Shown: positions 1-11,510 of the stretch, piece by piece
Numbering within the stretch: position 1 is the first letter of the stretch
Layout: the number at the start of each line of letters is the position of its first letter
NCBI GenBank assembly: GCA_002269645.1
Contig: NIVC01000403.1
Coordinates: 62,001-126,000, forward strand
DNA: 64,000 bases
Direction: 5' to 3'
Origin: Macrostomum lignano
Lineage: Eukaryota
The notes under the pieces: model-generated
The model's database searches: none
Told to the model about the DNA's origin: nothing
The model's input: the letters and a program-made list of their open reading frames with translations, nothing else
Position numbers and translations under genes: made by a program

Positions 1-71
1 TATTTTGCTTGAATAAACTCGGTGAACGAGCGAACCAAGCTAAAGCTGCTCGTATTTTATCGGACCTTTTA

Positions 72-838
72 GTCCTATCATCCTGATCTAGTCTCTATCA
101 TCCTGATCTAGTCTCTATCATCCTGATCTAGTCTCTATCATCCTGATCTAGTCTCTATCATCCTGATCTAGTCTGTATCATCCTGATCTAGTCTCTATCA
201 TCCTGATCTAGTCTGTATCATCCTGATCTAGTCTCTATCATCCTGATCTAGTCTCTATCATCCTGATCTAGTCTCTATCATCCTGATCTAGTCTGTATCA
301 TCCTGATCTAGTCTCTATCATCCTGATCTAGTCTCTATCATCCTGATCTAGTCTCTATCATCCTGATCTAGTCTCTATCATCCTGATCTAGTCTCTATCA
401 TCCTGATCTAGTCTCTATCATCCTGATCTAGTCTCTATCATCCTGATCTAGTCTCTATCATCCTGATCTAGTCTCTATCATCCCGATCTAGTCTCTATCA
501 TCCTGATCTAGTCTCTATCTTCCTGATCTAGTCTCTATCATCCTGATCTAGTCTCTATCATCCTGATCTAGTCTCTATCATCCTGATCTAGTCTCTATCA
601 TCCTGATCTAGTCTGTATCATCCTGATCTAGTCTCTATCATCCTGATCTAGTCTCTATCATCCTGATCTAGTCTGTATCATCCTGATCTAGTCTCTATCA
701 TCCTGATCTAGTCTGTATCATCCTGATCCAGTCTCTATCATCCTGATCTAGTCTCTATCATCCTGATCTAGTCTCTATCATCCTGATCTAGTCTCTATCA
801 TCCTGATCTAGTCTCTATCATCCTGATCTAGTCTTTAT
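72..838. repeat. Minisatellite, 20-bp unit TCCTGATCTAGTCTCTATCA, about 38 near-perfect copies
   Basis: The unit repeats in register with the 60-nt lines, with only sporadic single-base variants (e.g. gtctgtatca). Confidence 0.97.
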
Positions 839-921
839 CGAACTGATCTCTTATAGGATGACTTAAAATCACTTCAAAAAGCAGATTTATTGCTAGTCGA
901 CTTACCAACAAATCCTATAAA

Positions 922-1193
922 ATCGGTCGGCCAACTCCGGCCCGCAAAGCCTCTCTATCCGGCCCTCGGCCCTTTAAAAATCTCAAAATAGCAATCCAGC
1001 CCAATTTGTGTCTTTTCTCAGCTCTCTTCTCTCTAATCTCCCCTCCTCTCCATTCTCTCCTCTCTTCTACTTTATTTTCTCGCCTATTCTTTCTCCGATT
1101 TCTTTTCTCTATTCCCTCTCCTCTCTCCCATCCTCTGGCCCGCAGTCAAGCGTCCTATCTGGCCCGTGAAGTAAAAACGTTTTCCAACCCCTG
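922..1193. mobile_element. Degenerate hAT/Charlie-like MITE remnant
   Basis: The right end reads ...GGCCCGTGAAGTAAAAACGTTTTCCAACCCCTG. The left end is eroded (...GGTCGGCCAACTCCGGCCCGC). Both resemble CAGGGG-ended hAT MITEs with GGCCC subterminal motifs. No TSD was found. Confidence 0.35.
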
Positions 1194-1219
1194 TTTTAGA
1201 TGCATTATTGCATGCGAAG

Positions 1220-2445
1220 CCTGCTAAAAAGGGGGGCGCCAAGCTTGCTGAAAGGGGGGGGGGCGCCAAGCTTGCTGAAAAGGGGGCGCCAAGCTTGCTG
1301 AAAAGGAGGGGGGCGCCAAGCTTGCTGAAAGGGGGGGGCGCCAAGCCTGCTGAAAAGGGGGGCGCCAAGCTTGCTGAAAAGGGGGGGCCAAGCCTGCTAA
1401 AAAGGGGGGCGCCAAGCTTGCTGAAAGGGGGGGGCGCCAAGCTTGCTGAAAAGGGGGGGGCCAAGCTTGCCAAAAAGGAGGGGGGGCGCCAAGCTTGCTG
1501 AAAAGGAGGGGGGGGGGGCGCCAAGCTTGCTGAAAGGGGGGGGGCGCCAAGCCTGCTGAAAAGGAAGGCGCCAAGCTTGCTGAAAAGGGGGGGCCAAGCC
1601 TGCTAAAAAGGGGGGGCCCCAAGCCTGCTGAAAAGGGGGGGGGTGCCAAGCTTGCTGAAAAGGGGGGCCAAGCCTGCTAAAAAGGGGGGTGCCAAGCTTG
1701 CTGAAAAGGGGGGGGGCGCCAAGCTTGCTGAAAGGGGGGGGCGCCAAGCTTGCTGAAGGGGGGGGGCGCCAAGCTTGCTGAAAGGGGGGGGCGCCAAGCT
1801 TGCTGAAGGGGGGGGGCGCCAAGCTTGCTGAAGGGGGGGGGCGCCAAGCTTGCTGAAAGGGGGGGGCGCCAAGCTTGCTGAAGGGGGGGGGGCGCCAAGC
1901 TTGCTGAAGGGGGGGGGCGCCAAGCTTGCTGAAAAGGGGGGGGCGCCAAGCTTGCTGAAAGGGGGGGGCGCCAAGCCTGCTGAAAAGGGGGGCGCCAAGC
2001 TTGCTGAAAAGGGGGGGCCAAGCCTGCTAAAAAGGGGGGCGCCAAGCTTGCTGAAAGGGGGGGGCGCCAAGCTTGCTGAAAAGGGGGGGGCCAAGCTTGC
2101 CAAAAAAGGAGGGGGGCGCCAAGCTTGCTGAAAAGGAGGGGGGGCGCCAAGCTTGCTGAAAGGGGGGGGGCGCCAAGCCTGCTGAAAAGGAAGGCGCCAG
2201 GCTTGCTGAAAAGGGGGGGCCAAGCCTGCTAAAAAGGGGGGCCCCAAGCCTGCTGAAAAGGGGGGGGTGCCAAGCTTGCTGAAAAGGGGGGGCCAAGCCT
2301 GCTAAAAAGGGGGGTGCCAAGCTTGCTGAAAAGGGGGGGGCGCCAAGCTTGCTGAAGGGGGGGGCGCCAAGCTTGCTGAAAAGGGGGGGGCGCCAAGCTT
2401 GCTGAAAAGGAGGGGGGGCGCCAAGCTTGCTGAAGGGGGGGCGGA
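1220..2445. repeat. G-rich minisatellite, about 22-28-bp unit GGGGGGCGCCAAGCTTGCTGAAAA, with a roughly 630-bp higher-order duplication
   Basis: Directly visible. The variant block aaggaaggcgcc recurs at about 1561 and 2187. Confidence 0.95.
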
Positions 2446-3457
2446 TTTAAATGAAGCCTTTAAATTTTTTCCAAGAAATAAAGGCCTAAGAAAAACAGAA
2501 GGCGGGGTTCTGGCAGGGACTCCTAAAAATACGAACTAGCATCCATAGCGGTGATTATCTCTAGAAGTCGCGGGTTCTAGCTTCTGTATAATGAATAAAA
2601 GATTGAAACCGAACTTCAAATGTAAGATGCCTGACACACCCAGCCTGTCTATAACGCAGAGAATGGTCAGCAGCAGCAGTAGCAGTGTAGAGGGGCGGAG
2701 CGGAGCGGTTTAAGTCTAATGAGGCTTTTTCAACTGGAGAGCAACGGCCCAAGACGTGGCAAAGCAGAAGGATCCGCCAGAGTAAGTGGAGAGAGAGAGA
2801 CTCAGCACCACTGTGTTTTTTTCTTTCATATTTCTTATGCCTCCTCGTGTGCAGTGCAGGATCAGCAAATTTGAGGCGACCGACAGGAAAGACGAGAAGA
2901 ACAGACAGGAGAGAAAGAAGAAAAAAGAAGAAAAAAGAGAGATGCCGCTTGCACCTGGAAGGTGGAAGGCGGGCGAGGTGAGGGCGGCGGCGGCGGTGTT
3001 GGGGGGGGGTTGGTGTTGGGCGTCCCTCTTGTGGGGCAAAAAGGCGACCCCCTGCTGGCGGGCGGCGGCAACCGTTAAAAGGTATAGAAAAAATATTAGC
3101 ACTGCGCAGTGCAGCAGTCGGGTGTGTGTGTGTGCCTGAGGTGCGTGTTGTGTGCTAAGAGAGGAAGGTGGAGAAGGTCAGGCTCGACCACCCAATGGCG
3201 GCGCGGCGCAGGCTTAAAGCAGATCATGGGTGAGATTTTTTTGAAATTGGTACCGAAAAAAAATCGAGAATTCATTTCAACAGTTTGCGAAAAAAAATTT
3301 TGTTAAGCTAAATTTTTAGCTAAGCAATTAAAACTATTTTTTAACTTTTGAACTATTTGCAAGCTATTATACGACTTGTGAGGAAAAATGATGGAGTTCA
3401 GAAGCTGAGGTTTTTATGCTCAAGTAGCTCGTACTCGCCCGTTACAGTCGCTTAGGG

Positions 3458-3870
3458 ACTCAGGATCCCAGATCGACTCAGGATCCCAAATCGACTAAGA
3501 ATCCCAGATCGACTCAGGATCCCAGATCGACTCAGGATCCCAGATCGACTCAGGATCCCAAATCGACTCAGGATCCCAGATCGACTCAGGATCCCAGATC
3601 TACGCAGGATCCTAGATCGACTCAGAATCCCATTTCGACTCAGGATCCCAGATCGACTCAGGATCCCAAATCGACTAAGAATCCCAGATCGACTCAGGAT
3701 CCCAGATCGACTCAGAATCCCATATCGACTCAGGATCCCAGATCGACTCAGAATCCCATATCGACTCAGGATCCCAGATCAACTCAGAATCCCATATCGC
3801 CTCCGAATGACAGATCGACTCAGGATCCCATATCGCCTCCGAATGCCAGATCGACTCTGGGTCCCAGATC
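3458..3870. repeat. Minisatellite, 18-bp unit GACTCAGGATCCCAGATC, degenerating toward the right end
   Basis: An 18-bp period is seen (e.g. 3511 and 3529). Confidence 0.92.
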
Positions 3871-3917
3871 GCCTACCGTGTGTGAGAATGAGAGACCAGA
3901 CTGCTTCACACGAAACC

Positions 3918-4170
3918 TCCAATTGGAGTGACCAGATTGTCACACTGCACTCCCTGCTTGAGTGACCAGATTGTCACACTGCACTCCCTGCTTGAGTGAC
4001 CAGATTGTCACACTGCACTCCCTGCTTGAGTGACCAGATTGTCACACTGCACTCCCTGCTTGAGTGACCAGATTGTCACACTGCACTCCCTGCTTGAGTG
4101 ACCAGATTGTCACACTGCACTCCATGCTTGAGTGACCAGATTGTCACACTGCACTCCCTGCATGAGTGAT
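3918..4170. repeat. Minisatellite, 34-bp unit GAGTGACCAGATTGTCACACTGCACTCCCTGCTT, about 7 copies
   Basis: Directly visible, near-perfect copies. Confidence 0.95.
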
Positions 4171-4980
4171 CAGACTGTTTCACGCACTGCTCTCTCCTCA
4201 CCCATGTGCTTGTGACCAGAATAGCCGCTAACCTCGGGCAGAAGCAGAACCTTCTCCCGTTCGATCTGTTCAAACTCTGAAAATGAAATTATCGATCGAA
4301 CCGCATAGCCAACCCCCAACTCCCCAAACTCCCAGGTCCGGTTCCGCAATCCTTCCTTTTCCTCTTTTCCTTTGTTGCCAGCCGACTGCTGCAGAGCTTG
4401 CCGCGGCAGGAGACGGCAACTCCCCCCCCCCAAACTGGGGATGCAAAGATCGGATGAGGAAAAAATGGAGGGAGGAAGTTGTCTTTTGTGGGCTCAGCCA
4501 GCAGCGCTGCAGTGCTTAGAAATTGCTGGCAGACGCCCCTCCTCAGCTCTTTCTTTTTAAGCCGACCGCCCAACCGCAATTGCTCACTCAGACTCAATTT
4601 CGGCTCAATACGAGACGGGAGAAATGGAATAAAAAGCCGTATTTTGCTGTGAGGAAGACAGCCAGTTTGAGCTGGGCGGAGTATACCGGGGGGGGGGGGA
4701 GACAGCTCGCAGTGCAAACTTCCTTATTTCATTTTTCTCTGCCTTTTTCTTCCTTTTCTCTCTCTCTCGCTTGTGCGCGCCTGGCGTCCTTGAGGATTCA
4801 AAAAGATCTCGAGATAGAAGCTGGACACAGTAAATAACGGCTCGTACGGCTTTTTAAACCATTCAAATCATTTCAAATCCGTCAGTTCCTCGGGTTTAAA
4901 ATAAGGATTTTGTCGAAATTGGACATAAAAAATTGATTCAGAAAAGTTTACTAGATGTAGCGGGGGCACTTGGACCTCCC

Positions 4981-5558
4981 CAGGGGCGTCGCCATGGATT
5001 TTATGGTGGGGGGAGGGACAAAGCCAAGAATTTCTCATGTACATGACTAAATTCCTACATGTACATTATTTTGAGAATCGGTGTTGTTAGCACTCATTTT
5101 GGTGCCATGGGCAGGCACTCCTTTTGGCGCCATGGGCAGGCACTCATTTTGGTGCCATGGGCAGGCACTCCTTTTGGCGCCATGGGCAGGCACTCATTTT
5201 GGCGCCATGGGCAGGCACTCCTTTTGGCGCCATGGGCAGGCACTCATTTTGGTGCCATGGGCAGGCACTCCTTTTGGCGCCACGAGCAGGCACTCCTTTT
5301 GGCGCCACGAGCAGGCACTCCTTTTGGCGCCATGGGCAGGCACTCATTTTGGCGCCATGGGCAGGCACTCATTTTGGCACTGCTGACACTCATTTTGGTG
5401 CCGCAGACACTCATTTTGGCGCCAAATGCGCTTTATTTTGCATTAGCAAAACTATTGATTTTCACAATGGGTCACAAGGTGGGGTTGGGAGGGAGTACCC
5501 CCATAGCTTTTACTGGTGGGGGACATGTCCCCCCTGTCCCCCGGTGGCGACGCCCCTG
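4981..5558. mobile_element. Non-autonomous TIR element (CAGGGGCG-ended, hAT-like) containing an internal 25-bp array
   Basis: Perfect 14-bp TIR: CAGGGGCGTCGCCA at 4981 and TGGCGACGCCCCTG ending at 5558. The flanks (gacctccc / cgagtatt) show no TSD, so the superfamily is tentative. Confidence 0.7.
5085..5420. repeat. Minisatellite, 25-bp unit GGGCAGGCACTCATTTTGGCGCCAT, inside the TIR element
   Basis: A 25-bp period is seen (5101 and 5126). Confidence 0.95.
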
Positions 5559-5691
5559 CGAGTATTGCCCCTTCTCCCAGTCCGGCAGTGATCTAGGTTT
5601 AAACCGAGATATTGAAATCTTAATTATTTCTTTATTTTCTTTTAAATTAGTTCAATTGAGAGTTGTGACTCCAGTTCCTGGTCCGAGGCCT

Positions 5692-5722
<31 letters not shown>

Positions 5723-6214
5723 CGTCCGTCTGCATCTCTGTGTGAGCACAGCCGCCGCCGCCATCTCTGAGACAGTTCGGAGAAGAAGGAGAATTTATGC
5801 GATGAATGGAATGGAACTGAATGAATGGATCTAGATGGGATGAAAGCCGCGCATGGAGTGGGGAGGGGATCAGGATGGACGAAATTGATGCAGCCCACCG
5901 CCGCCAGCTGTCTCAGTCAGTCGCGCCGCCCGGACGCCCCACCCGTCGTCCGATTTCTCTCATGTTTGCCGCCCGAAGCCTGAAGCAGATGCGGCCCTCC
6001 TTCTTTGCCGACGCCTTTTGCCAGTCAATGCAAAAGAGCAATTTTTCTCGCTCCGCGCTAAACTGTCTTTTTCATCCGATTGGAGCTTGCACAGATCCCT
6101 CACTGCTCATTAGGATCGGTGCGCACTGGCGGGTTCATGCCGTTTTTTATTCTAGTTGCCGTTGTGAAATACAAGCGCGATAATTGGGGGTCAGTCGGCT
6201 GCTGGGCGGGACAA

Positions 6215-6995
6215 CTATGGCACATTCTTGCGGTGGTTTGTGGTGATTCTTGAGTTGGTTTGGGGCGATTCTTGAGTTGGTTTGAGGCGATTCTTGAGTT
6301 GGTTTGGGGTGATTCTTGCGGTGGTTTGAGGGCGATTCTTGCGGTGGTTTGAGGCGATTCTTGCGGTGGTTTGAGGCGATTCTTGCGGTGGTTTGAGGCG
6401 ATTCTTGCGTTGGTTTGAGGCGATTGTTGCGTTGGTTTGAGGCGATTCTTGCGTTGGTTTGAGGCGATTCTTGCGGTGGTTTGAGGGCGATTCTTGCGGT
6501 GGTTTGAGGCGATTCTTGCGGTGGTTTGAGGCGATTCTTGCGTTGGTTTGAGGCGATTCTTGGGTTTGAGGCGATTCTTGCGGTGCTTTGAGGCGATTCT
6601 TGCGTTGGTTTGAGGCGATTCTTGCGGTGGTTTGAGGCGATTCTTGCGTTGGTTTGAGGCGATTCTTGCGTTGGTTTGGGGGCGATTCTTGGGGTGGTTT
6701 GAGGCGATTCTTGCGTTGGTTTGAGGCGATTCTTGCGGTGGTTTGAGGCGATTCTTGCGTTGGTTTGGGGGCGATTCTTGGGGTGGTTTGAGGCGATTCT
6801 TGCGTTGGTTTGAGGCGATTCTTGGGTTTGAGGCGATTCTTGCGGTGCTTTGAGGCGATTCTTGCGTTGGTTTGAGGCGGTTCTTGCGGTGGTTTGAGGC
6901 GATTCTTGCGTTGGTTTGAGGCGATTCTTGCGGTGGTTTGAGGCGATTCTTGCGGTGGTTTGAGGCGATTCTTGGTGTGGTTTGGGGCGATTCTT
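6215..6995. repeat. Minisatellite, 22-bp unit GAGGCGATTCTTGCGGTGGTTT
   Basis: Directly visible. It accounts for ORFs 6100..7128 and 6147..7061. Confidence 0.95.
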
Positions 6996-7466
6996 GTGAT
7001 GTGGGGCCTGCAAGTGGTCCGACTTTGCAGCTGATGATGGAGTAGAGAGCAAGACCAACAAGAATTATTAAAGATTGCAAAAAGGCGCGAAAAAGCCAGG
7101 AATCGACCTCCTCTTCAGGGCCATTCAAGTGATTATTTTGAATACTCGAACCAAAAGCCGCGCGCAGGTTCGAGGAGAGCTGAGAGAGAGAGGGAGAGAG
7201 TCGAAAAATTTGGAAACTGAGTCCGGCGGTGGGGAGACGTTGCCGGGGCTGAGGCGGCGGCGGCAGCGGCCACCAAAGCGGGAGGAGAGCTGGGGGGGGG
7301 CGGCAGGGTTTGAAAAGGCTGATTGCGTAATAGGGGACAGGGTATTAGAGTCGGTGTGTGTGTGCAGTAACCGCCAGTCAGATACTTGAGCACAAGCAGG
7401 ACCCACACACGCCGCTCCATATTACTAACTGCGGTTAGCCTATAAGCGGCACTCGAGACTCGAGAC

Positions 7467-7504
7467 AAGTGACCCTTTCCGTCTCTTGCTCTCGCCCTCT
7501 TATA
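7467..7504 (-). promoter_or_regulatory. Possible minus-strand Pol II core promoter (TATA-like plus Inr-like)
   Basis: Minus-strand TATAAGAG starts at 7504. TCACTT has its A at 7470, 34 nt downstream, which is slightly longer than canonical. It lies in a CpG-rich island. No transcript was identified. Confidence 0.25.
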
Positions 7505-8024
7505 ACAAGGGTGCCGCCGCCGCACTCTCGCAACGCGGGTATCGCCCGCAATCTTCAAAGTGTGCGCCCGACCATTGAGAGACGGCGCCGGAATTGGAAA
7601 TGACTCGATGTTGAAGCTTGAAAGAAAGGCGACTGAAAAATTCGGTGCGCCAGACAGCCCGCCGCTTTCCGGATCTTTGCATTAACTTACTTACTACTAA
7701 GGCTTTACTAACAGTCTTTGGATGCTACTTAAAGTAGAGTAGTTTACATATATCTTGCAAAGCTGCTATATTCTACGAAGTAGCTATAAAATGTCTTTTA
7801 AAGTATAAAATTTGTTAAATGACGAAGAAATAGTGACAAAATGTTCAACGACATAATACATGCTATTTAGTTATTAGAGTTAGATATTGATTAAGTCAAG
7901 TGTATTTTTCTTGTTACTTAGCCGTGACAATATAGACAGTATTATTCTACTTGGCAAAAAGGGAAAGGTTTATTAAGATTAATCAATCCAGATCGATTAA
8001 TATCTCATATCAGATCGAAAGAAT

Positions 8025-8285
8025 CCACTCAAACCGACTCAAATCGACTCCAACCAACTCAAATTGACTCAAACCCACTCAAGTCGACTCAAATCCATTT
8101 AAGTCGACTCAAACCGATTCAAACCGACTCAAACCGACTCAAACCGATTCAAACCGACTCAAACCGATTCAAGCCGACTCAAACCGACTCAAACCGACTC
8201 AAACCGACTCAAACCGACTCTAATAAACCGACTCCAACCGATTCCAACCGACTCAAATCGACTCAAACCGATTGAAATGGACTCA
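8025..8285. repeat. 10-bp tandem repeat AAACCGACTC, degenerate
   Basis: Directly visible. Confidence 0.88.
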
Positions 8286-8684
8286 GATCTAGTCTAAGTT
8301 GCGTGGATAAATGTGTGAATAAAAATAGCAAGCAGGATTCGCCTACAATAAAAAAGTGTGCTGAAAAAAGCCAAAGTCAAACAAAGCATTGTATGAGTTA
8401 AATAAATGATATAATTTTAGTTAGAAAAGAAAAAAATGTCCTAGAATAGCAACAGTAAGTAGTAAAATACGGTCTCGCTCACATTTTTTCTCAGGGTCCA
8501 GATGGCTGAATAAAAAAGATAAAAAACACAGTTAAAAGGCACAAAATTTCAAAGTCTTATTCAATGTCGGAATATAAAGAAGTTGAGTAAAATCGTATTA
8601 TAAAAAATAAACAAAGTAGCAAATATTGAATAAAATCGCAAAAACTTGTCCAATTTCAAATTAAATTGGTTAAATAAACTTATG

Positions 8685-8830
8685 ACCCTCCTAAGGTGCC
8701 ATATTGACCCTCCTACTTAAGGTGCCATATTAATCCTCCTAAGGTGCCATATTGACCCTCCTACTTAAGGTGCCATATTAATCCTCCTAAGGTGCCATAC
8801 TGACCCTCCTAAGGTACCATTTTGACCCTT
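8685..8830. repeat. Short degenerate repeat, core CCTCCTAAGGTGCCATATT, downstream of the caspase stop
   Basis: About 6 imperfect copies of alternating length. Confidence 0.8.
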
Positions 8831-8918
8831 TTAAGATCCCTCTTTTGGCGCTAAGTTGAAGCCATTACAGACACTCCAACAATGTATTATTTCCAGTCAC
8901 TCTAATACTTCAATTCAT

Positions 8919-10902
8919 TCACTTGCGTCGAAAATAGACCAACTTGCGCAGAGTGCTCACGGACACGGGTATCTCCTTCATACCGCTGGTGCTGTCGTCA
9001 TTTGTGTTACTCTGATAATTGCCGGCCACAGCCTGTTGCACCATCAGCAGCAGGTGCCCCAGCTCATCGGAGTCGCCGTACCTCTGCAGCACGTGGCACA
9101 GCTGCTGGATGAACCAGCTGCCCTGGATGTCGTTGCGCCAGCTGTAGTACCCTGGCGGTGTTGAATAAAAGTACAAGAAGTCCGACTCAAGCGGAATGCG
9201 CGACAGCTTGCCGCCGTCCTCCTCGTCTCTGCCGGTGCCGTTATCTCCGTCGGCAACTTCGCAGCCTTTGTCGTACTCGCTGCCACGGCAAGCCTGCGAA
9301 TGCCAGCGGTGGCTCCGGGTTAGGGATCTGGGAGGCTGGCCCAGCAACTGAGGATCTGGGAGGCTGGCCCAGCAACTGAGGATCTGGGAGGCTGGCCCAG
9401 CAACTGAGGATCTGGGAGGCTGGCCCAGCAACTGAGGATCTGGGAGGCTGGCCCAGCAACTGAGTATCTGGGAGGATGGCCCAGCAACGCAACTGACACT
9501 CTGGGAGGCTGGCCCAGCAACTGAGGATCTGGGAGGCTGGCCCAGCAACTGAGGATCTGGGAGGCTGGCCCAGCAACTGAGTATCTGGGAGGATGGCCCA
9601 GCAACGCAACTGACACTCTGGGAGGCTGGCCCAGCAACTGAGGATCTGGGAGGCTGGCCCAGCAACTGAGGATCTGGGAGGCTGGCCCAGCAACTGAGGA
9701 TCTGGGAGGCTGGCCCAGCAACTGAGGATCTGGGAGGCTGGCCCAGCAACTGAGTATCTGGGAGGATGGCCCAGCAACGCAACTGACACTCTGGGAGGCT
9801 GGCCCAGCAGCTGACACTCTGGGAGGCTGGCCCAGCAACTGACACTCTGGGAGGCTGGCCCAGCAACTGACACTCTGGGAGGCTGGCCCAGCAACTGACA
9901 CTCTGGGAGGCTGGCCCAGCAACTGACACTCTGGGAGGCTGGCCCAGCAACTGACACTCTGGGAGGCTGGCCCAGCAGCTGACACTCTGGGAGGCTGGCC
10001 CAGCAACTGACACTCTGGGAGGCTGGCCCAGCAACTGACACTCTGGGAGGCTGGCCCAGCAACTGACACTCTGGGAGGCTGGTCCAGCAACTGACACTCT
10101 GGGAGGCTGGCCCAGCAACTGACACTCTGGGAGGCTGGCCCAGCAACTGACACTCTGGGAGGCTGGTCCAGCAACTGACACTCTGGGAGGCTGGCCCAGC
10201 AACTGACACTCTGGGAGGCTGGCCCAGCAACTGAGGATCTGGGAAAAGGAAAGGCAGATAATCCACCACAGAACACGACAGATACACAGAGCAGGCAGAC
10301 CTGGATGAAGAACAGCTTCGGCTTGCCAGCCAGAGTGGGGCAGTAGTCGGGCCGCAGCAGGCGGAAGAGCTTCTCCATTTTAATCTTGCCATCGGAGCCG
10401 TAGATGGCGCCGTTCTCGCCATGCGACAGCAGGACAACTGCCACACAGTCGTAGTTCGAGTGGTCCTTGCGGGCGGTCTCTTTAATAACAGAGACGATTT
10501 TTTCGCAGCTGAGATCGCGAAACGGCATGATGGAGAAGCCGAGCTGTTTGAAACTGCGCTCCAGATTGTCGGCGTCAACGTCTGAGCCGATCCGGGTGGA
10601 CTGGCCAGTGCGGGGGTCGAATGTCACCTGCGGACGGGGCGAGTTTTAGACTACCTTTACACTGAACTGCTGGAGAGTCAGAGGCGCCAGCACCCGAGGT
10701 TAAAATACATAACTCAAACCTGATTGAAGATCAGACAGAGTCCGCGTTTCGGGTGATTCATTTGATATTCGGCAAGTTTGGGCGCCGGATTGCCGCCCGT
10801 TGGCGGTTCCAGCGGAGGCGGGGGGTCTCGCCTTCCGCCGCCGCGCCTGAACAATCCGGCGTCAACCTGATCGGCGTCCTGCTGACTGACGGAGTCGGAC
10901 AT
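8919..10902 (-). CDS. CASP7: Effector caspase (caspase-3/7-like), 3 exons: 10902-10720, 10627-10301, 9293-8919; 294 aa
   Basis: Motifs: YQMNHPKRGLCLIFN, LLSHGENG (catalytic His), KPKLFFIQ|ACRG (catalytic Cys) and DFLYFYSTPPGYYSWRN..GSWFIQ. The prodomain is short with a DQVDA site. Junctions are GT-AG and the total is 885 nt in frame. An in-frame ATG at 10923 is an alternative start. The 3-vs-7 orthology is uncertain. Confidence 0.92.
9323..10242. repeat. Intronic minisatellite, 28-bp unit (GAGGAT/GACACT)CTGGGAGGCTGGCCCAGCAACT, in caspase intron 2
   Basis: It fills about 920 of the 1007-nt intron (9294-10300). Confidence 0.97.
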
Positions 10903-11149
10903 TGTGCACTCTTGCGCATGCATAGTTTCACGAGCAAGTTTTACTTAGATATGCTCCAAGACAGACAACCTTGCAGATTCAATCTATCAAATGAATTCCT
11001 ACCATAAAATTTCAACCTAATATATAAGTATAAGCTAAAGTATTAGCTAATTACAGATTACATGTTAGTTTCTCAAGCATTTGACGATTAGCTGAATTAT
11101 GAATTGAGTGTATGCACTTATATAATATTATGCGATTACATACATTCAT

Positions 11150-11510
11150 CAGGCGATTTTGTTATTTGAGTATATTAGGCAATTTCTAGGATTTCATTGT
11201 CGATTTTGTGGATTATTAGTTGAGTTTATGCTTTTAGGTGATTTGATTTTATGAAGTATTACGCGAGTTTATGGATTATCTGGCGATTTTACAGATCATT
11301 AGGCGATTGTAGGAAATATTAGGCGATTTTAAGATTTATTACCCGATTTTCCAACTTATTAGGCGATTTTTTTAATTATTAGACGATTTTATGGATTAGG
11401 CGATTTTTAGGTAATATTAGCCGATTTTATGAATTATTAGGTGATTTTACGAAATATTAGCCGATTTTCTGACTTATTAGGCGATTTTATGGATCATTAG
11501 GCAAACGTTT
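11150..11510. repeat. Highly degenerate repeat of about 21 bp, core TTATTAGGCGATTTT
   Basis: A recurring ATTAGGCGATTT motif with irregular spacers. Confidence 0.75.

Noticed and set aside
5690-5730. (GTCY)n microsatellite as a Helentron/DINE-1 signature
   Set aside because: No subterminal inverted repeat or 3' hairpin could be identified, and similar TCTG runs occur at 18557 and 31895 in unrelated contexts.
8919-10627. 427-, 445- and 435-aa ORFs as single-exon caspase variants with repeat domains
   Set aside because: Clean GT-AG splicing (10301 to 9293) restores FFIQACRG, so the repeat is intronic.
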